The position numbers and the translations under genes were made by a program. From Candidatus Wolframiiraptor gerlachensis (GTDB taxonomy: Archaea > Thermoproteota > Nitrososphaeria_A > Caldarchaeales > Wolframiiraptoraceae): 64,000 nucleotides of DNA. Where the stretch lies: contig JAJPCT020000025.1 in the NCBI GenBank assembly GCA_021323375.2, forward strand, positions 22,583 through 86,582, in the 5' to 3' direction. Every line of letters starts with the position of its first letter. Positions within the stretch are counted from its first letter, which is position 1. This document shows, in pieces, positions 60,064 through 64,000 of the stretch. The notes under the pieces are model-generated. The model ran no database searches. It had not been told where the DNA came from and saw only the letters and a program-made list of their open reading frames with translations.

Positions 60064-60441
60064 ATGAGCCAGCCTGAGATCCTCGTGATAATCTTCTCGA
60101 TCCTCTTCCTAGCTCAGACCGCCATCTTCACCTATCTCCTAGTGAGGGCTCGGAGGAGGATGGAGCGGCTCATGGTCGTCGGGGAGCTGGGCTGGACCGA
60201 GCAGAGGCCGTGTGATCTCACGGAGACCGAGATAAGGATCATGGAGCTGATCGAGTCTAGGGGCCCACAGAGCGCTAGAGATCTTAGCAGGGCTCTCGGG
60301 CTAAGTAGGGAGCATGTTGCAAGGACTCTTAAGAGGCTGGTTGAGGGCGGGCTCCTCATCAGGGAGGGCAAGCCATACAGGTATAGGCTGACGGAGCTCG
60401 GCAAAAACTCCCTGAGATCACGTGATATCACGGAGTCCTGA
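60064..60441 (+). CDS. Membrane-anchored MarR-like wHTH protein
   Basis: N-terminal TM plus 'LSREHVARTLKRLVEGG...KPYRYRLT'. Confidence 0.7.
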   Translation: MSQPEILVIIFSILFLAQTAIFTYLLVRARRRMERLMVVGELGWTEQRPCDLTETEIRIMELIESRGPQSARDLSRALGLSREHVARTLKRLVEGGLLIREGKPYRYRLTELGKNSLRSRDITES

Positions 60442-60478
60442 CTAAAGCTCTTAAGAAGCTTTGCTAAGCTCTTAGGCG

Positions 60479-60538
60479 GGGCAATGATGCATGCACAGGG
60501 ACTCTGATGTGTGACGATACCTGGGGTAACTGAGCCTC
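60479..60538 (+). ncRNA. Box C/D guide sRNA
   Basis: C ATGATGC, D' CTGA, C' GTGACGA, D CTGA (60530-60533); short terminal stem. Confidence 0.7.
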
Positions 60539-60583
60539 CCCTTGTAAGCCTTTTTAGGTGGGCTGTAGTAAGGTGGCTTGGAT

Positions 60584-60916
60584 ATGGGTAAGAGAAAGAT
60601 TGTCTCGGAGCCTGATGAGCTTGAGGAGATGCCTGAGCCTGGTCCGACGGATGTCTATGGGGTGGTGGTTAAGCTTGTTGGTAATGATAGGGTTCTTGTC
60701 GAGTGTAGTGATGGCAAGCGGAGACTTTGCAGGATTAGAGGGCAGCTTAGGCGCCGGATCTGGATAAGGGAGGGCGACTTGGTTCTTGTGAGCCCATGGG
60801 ATTTCCAGAGTGATAGCCGTGGTGATGTCTGGTGGAGGTTTACGAAGGGCCAAGCCCTTAAGCTTGCCGAACAGGGCGTCCTACCCGATTTTCTCAAGGA
60901 GAAGCTTAGCGCTTAG
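60584..60916 (+). CDS. eif1a: Translation initiation factor aIF-1A
   Basis: 'CSDGKRRLCRIRG...RRIWIREGD.V.VSPWDFQ'. Confidence 0.95.
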   Translation: MGKRKIVSEPDELEEMPEPGPTDVYGVVVKLVGNDRVLVECSDGKRRLCRIRGQLRRRIWIREGDLVLVSPWDFQSDSRGDVWWRFTKGQALKLAEQGVLPDFLKEKLSA

Positions 60917-60963
60917 TGGTTTTCAAAGCTTTTATTTGGGCTGGGCGTGTTTTCTGAGAGACT

Positions 60964-61782
60964 TTGCCCAGAGAGGATAAGCTGGAGAAGAAGCTTAGGA
61001 TGAGGGAGTATCGTTATGAGCGGGAGCAGCGTTATCTCAGGAAGAGGTCTGAGTTGAATGAGGTCTTGGAGGAGGTCTTTGACCAGCAGACCCTCATGAC
61101 GATCTATGAGCTGATGAATCGGAGGCTTATCAAGGAGTTTTATGGTGTTGTGAGCGCTGGGAAGGAGTCGAGGATCTATTATGCTGAGGGTGGGGGTGGT
61201 GAGGCTCTCGCGGTCAAGATCTACCTGATTACGAGCGCGGAGTTTAGAAAGACACGCTCCATGTATGTGCTTCATGATCCAAGGTTTCAGCGCGTCCCCA
61301 AGGATTTCAGGGACTTTATCTACCTGTGGGCGAGGAGGGAGTATAGGAACCTGAAGGACGCGTATGAGGTGGGCGTCCCCGTCCCGAGGCCCTACTTCGT
61401 GAGGAATAATGTTCTCGGGATGCAGTTTATGGGCGTGGATGGAAAGAGGTATCCATTGCTGGTGGAGGTGGAGCTGGAACCCGATGTCTATCCCGAGATA
61501 TATTCCAAGACTATTGAGGCTGTTAGGAGGCTTTATCAGGGTGCGATGCTGGTGCATGGTGATCTTAGCGAGTATAACATCTTCATAACGCCGGGGAATG
61601 ATATCGTGTTGATAGATCTCTCCCAGGCTGTTAGGGTTGAGCAGCCTGTCGCCGACGAGCTTCTCCTAAGAGATCTCAGGAACATCGTGAGGTATTTTGG
61701 TAAGATGGGTGTCGAGATCCCGGAGCCTGAGGTGCTCTTCGAGGAGATTGCTGGTAGGAGGCCCTTTGAGCGGGCTGTCTAG
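60964..61782 (+). CDS. rio1: RIO1 kinase
   Basis: 'SAGKES', 'AVKIY', 'HGDLSEYNI', 'IDLSQAV'. Confidence 0.92.
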   Translation: MPREDKLEKKLRMREYRYEREQRYLRKRSELNEVLEEVFDQQTLMTIYELMNRRLIKEFYGVVSAGKESRIYYAEGGGGEALAVKIYLITSAEFRKTRSMYVLHDPRFQRVPKDFRDFIYLWARREYRNLKDAYEVGVPVPRPYFVRNNVLGMQFMGVDGKRYPLLVEVELEPDVYPEIYSKTIEAVRRLYQGAMLVHGDLSEYNIFITPGNDIVLIDLSQAVRVEQPVADELLLRDLRNIVRYFGKMGVEIPEPEVLFEEIAGRRPFERAV

Positions 61783-61836
61783 CCTCTTAAGCTTTTAAGG
61801 ATGATGGGTTTTTGAGGGTTTCTCAGGGGAGGGGTT

Positions 61837-62415
61837 ATGGAGTTTCGGCCTGAGCCGGAGTTCATGTTGAATATTCCGCGGGAGAGGGTCGGCGTCTTGA
61901 TTGGGCCGCAGGGGTCCGTGAAGAGGAGGATCGAGGAGGCTCTAGGCGTTGTTCTCGAGGTTGATAGCGGGAGTGGGTCTGTTAGGATTAGGCTTGCTAG
62001 GAGGCCTGAGGAGGGTGGTGATCCCGTGGCCCTATTCAAGGCGAGAGATGTTGTTCAGGCTATTGGTAGGGGTTTCTCGCCTGAGAGGGCTTTCAGGCTC
62101 TTCGAGGATGATGTTGTTCTCAGCGTGATAGATATCGCGGATTACGTGAAGCCGAGCAGGAATAATCTCGTCAGGGTTAGAGCTAGGCTTATCGGGAGGG
62201 AGGGGAGGACTCGGAGGATGATCGAGGAGACCACTAACACGTATGTCTCGATCTATGGTGATACCGTCGCGATTATTGGCGAGGAGGAGGATGTTAGGGC
62301 TGCCGAGGAGGCTGTGATAGACCTGATAAACGGCGCTCCCCACTCGGCGGTATACAAGAAGCTGAACGAGTATGCGAGGTTGAGGAAGCTCGGTGGATTG
62401 AGGCCGAGATTCTAG
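61837..62415 (+). CDS. KH-domain ribosome biogenesis protein (Dim2/Pno1)
   Basis: 'RVGVLIG..G', 'GRGFSPE', 'RLIGREG', 'GAPH..VY'. Confidence 0.9.
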   Translation: MEFRPEPEFMLNIPRERVGVLIGPQGSVKRRIEEALGVVLEVDSGSGSVRIRLARRPEEGGDPVALFKARDVVQAIGRGFSPERAFRLFEDDVVLSVIDIADYVKPSRNNLVRVRARLIGREGRTRRMIEETTNTYVSIYGDTVAIIGEEEDVRAAEEAVIDLINGAPHSAVYKKLNEYARLRKLGGLRPRF

Positions 62416-62478
62416 GAATCCTTCCCTTTGGGGAAGGGTTTTAACGGCCCTTCCTTGGCTATTCTCTTGGTGGGTTTC

Positions 62479-62832
62479 TTGGTTAAACGTGATGAGGTTG
62501 AGCATTTGGAGAGGAGGGTTAGAGAGTTTCTGAAGACCGCGGATTATCAGGCTGGGGAAGGGATGTATGAGCTTGCGATATTTAGCTTGGAGCAGGCCTT
62601 GCAGCTTTTCCTCAAGTCTAGGCTTCTTTTCCATGGCGTTGATTATCTTAGGACTCATGGTCTTAGGAAGCTTCTCGAGATTCTTGCATCGGTTTCGAGT
62701 GAGGATGAGCCTCGGATTAAGAGGCTTCTTAAGGAGAGGGCTTTGGAGCTCTCTTTTCTTGAGGATGCTTATATCTCCTCGCGGTATCTTTTGAGAGAGT
62801 TTGGGGAGGAAGAGGGTTTTCGCGGAGCTTGA
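62479..62832 (+). CDS. HEPN-domain protein (toxin side of HEPN-MNT pair), C-terminus possibly truncated
   Basis: 'EQALQL.LK', 'RTH.L', 'AYISSRY'. Confidence 0.8.
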   Translation: MVKRDEVEHLERRVREFLKTADYQAGEGMYELAIFSLEQALQLFLKSRLLFHGVDYLRTHGLRKLLEILASVSSEDEPRIKRLLKERALELSFLEDAYISSRYLLREFGEEEGFRGA

Positions 62833-63088
62833 TAAGTGGCTTCAGGTGATCAAGGAGAAGGTGCTTGAGATTGATCCATGTGCGGAGGTTTATCTCTTCG
62901 GCTCTGTCGCGGAGGGGCGCTACACCTATTCAAGTGATATTGATGTTCTTGTGATTACGGATAGGGGTGTTGAGGAGATTTTGCCGAGGCTCTGGGAGGC
63001 TGGAGTCAGCGACCCCTTCGAGATCCATGTTAGGCCTAGGAGCATGCTGGAGCGGTATAAGCGGAGGGGCAAGCTGATAAGAATATAG
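62801..63088 (+). CDS. Minimal nucleotidyltransferase (MNT)
   Basis: 'YLFGSVAEG....SDIDVL'. Confidence 0.85.
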   Translation: MGRKRVFAELDKWLQVIKEKVLEIDPCAEVYLFGSVAEGRYTYSSDIDVLVITDRGVEEILPRLWEAGVSDPFEIHVRPRSMLERYKRRGKLIRI

Positions 63089-63091
63089 GGC

Positions 63092-63532
63092 TTGGCGTAT
63101 CATGTTTATGCGGGCTTGAGCGGCGAGTATGTTGCCAGGCTGAAGAGGAGGACTCTAAGCTTCCTTAGAGCGGTGGATCATGTTGATGATGCGGATCTCG
63201 CGGCCTTCTTCGCGGAGCAGGCCATGCAGCTTTACATCAAGGCAGTCCTGTATGAGCTTTTTGGGGAGAAGTTTAGAGGCCATGGGCTCAGGGAGCTTCT
63301 CGGGTTCTTGGCACAATATTTGAAGAAAAGTGGTTATGAGGAATTATCAGAAAGGATAAGGAAGTTTGTGGATGAATATAGGGCCCAGCTCGCTCTCGCC
63401 GAGGAGGCGTATATTGGTGGGAGGTATGGTGAAGTGGATTATGATCGGAGGGATGTTGAGGCTTTGGTGAAGGTTGCAGATGAGTTGATCCGGTTATTGG
63501 ATGAGGTGGTGGAGAGTGTCAAGCTGGGTTAG
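63092..63532 (+). CDS. HEPN-domain protein
   Basis: 'EQAMQLYIKA', 'RGH.L', 'AYIGGRY'. Confidence 0.85.
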   Translation: MAYHVYAGLSGEYVARLKRRTLSFLRAVDHVDDADLAAFFAEQAMQLYIKAVLYELFGEKFRGHGLRELLGFLAQYLKKSGYEELSERIRKFVDEYRAQLALAEEAYIGGRYGEVDYDRRDVEALVKVADELIRLLDEVVESVKLG

Positions 63533-63857
63533 GTATCATTTTAGGCATCTCAGGAGGTGGAGGGAGTATGCTGAGAGCATCTGCAGGGCTGCTAGAGATA
63601 TTCTCGGCGAGAATGTCGAGGTCTATGTTATCGGCGGGGTTGCCGAGGGAAGAACCACAATCCTCAGCGACATAGATATCCTGATAGTTGCCGACATGCT
63701 CCCAAGAAATAGGAAGAGGCTTTATGGTGAGATTCTGGGAAGAGCGATTGACATGTATGGGCTTCCATGGGACGCACCAGTAGAACTACACATAACAGAC
63801 AAGAAAAGAGCAAAAGAATGTCTGAAAGGAAAACATATAAGAGTAAATGCTGATTGA
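63516..63857 (+). CDS. Minimal nucleotidyltransferase (MNT)
   Basis: 'YVIGGVAEG....SDIDIL', 'PVELH'. Confidence 0.85.
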   Translation: MSSWVRYHFRHLRRWREYAESICRAARDILGENVEVYVIGGVAEGRTTILSDIDILIVADMLPRNRKRLYGEILGRAIDMYGLPWDAPVELHITDKKRAKECLKGKHIRVNAD

Positions 63858-64000
63858 AAGCATGTGTTTTATGTTGCTATTTTTTATGCATGTTTTAGCC
63901 TTCTATCCCAATTTTTGGGACAGATTTTGCTTTATCCCATAATATTTTCACACTTTTTCAGGATCTGGTGAGATAAAGGATTAAACCTAAATGTCATAGG

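Overview
Core-chromosome window of a thermophilic-looking TACK-type archaeon. PolD DP1, Cdc6/Orc1 with an ORB-bearing origin, archaeal DnaG, an unlinked 5S rRNA and intron-containing tRNAs suggest an Aigarchaeota/Nitrososphaerota-like host; this taxonomy is inference. Most of the window is housekeeping: IleRS, TrpRS, RIO1/RIO2, MAT, NucS, thrB/thrC, H+-PPase, Lhr, pelota, aIF-1A, five tRNAs, 5S and SRP RNA, and box C/D sRNAs. No CRISPR array was seen. Two small accessory loci stand out. (1) At 4.6-6.0 kb, an IS110/TasR-like RuvC+Nop-type protein (one frameshift, no catalytic-Ser loop) is followed by a ~140-nt hairpin RNA. A second, covarying copy of that RNA lies at 56.2 kb with different internal-loop 'guide' segments, and those segments match the adjacent 5S rDNA. 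(2) At 44.2-46.9 kb, a low-GC island next to tRNA-Tyr carries a minimal TnpB-like RuvC-zinc-finger ORF. That ORF has three 6-bp hairpins with a shared TAATCG loop upstream and a ~237-nt structured RNA, closed by a BHB-like motif, overlapping its 3' end. All protein calls come from motif recognition by eye; no searches were run.
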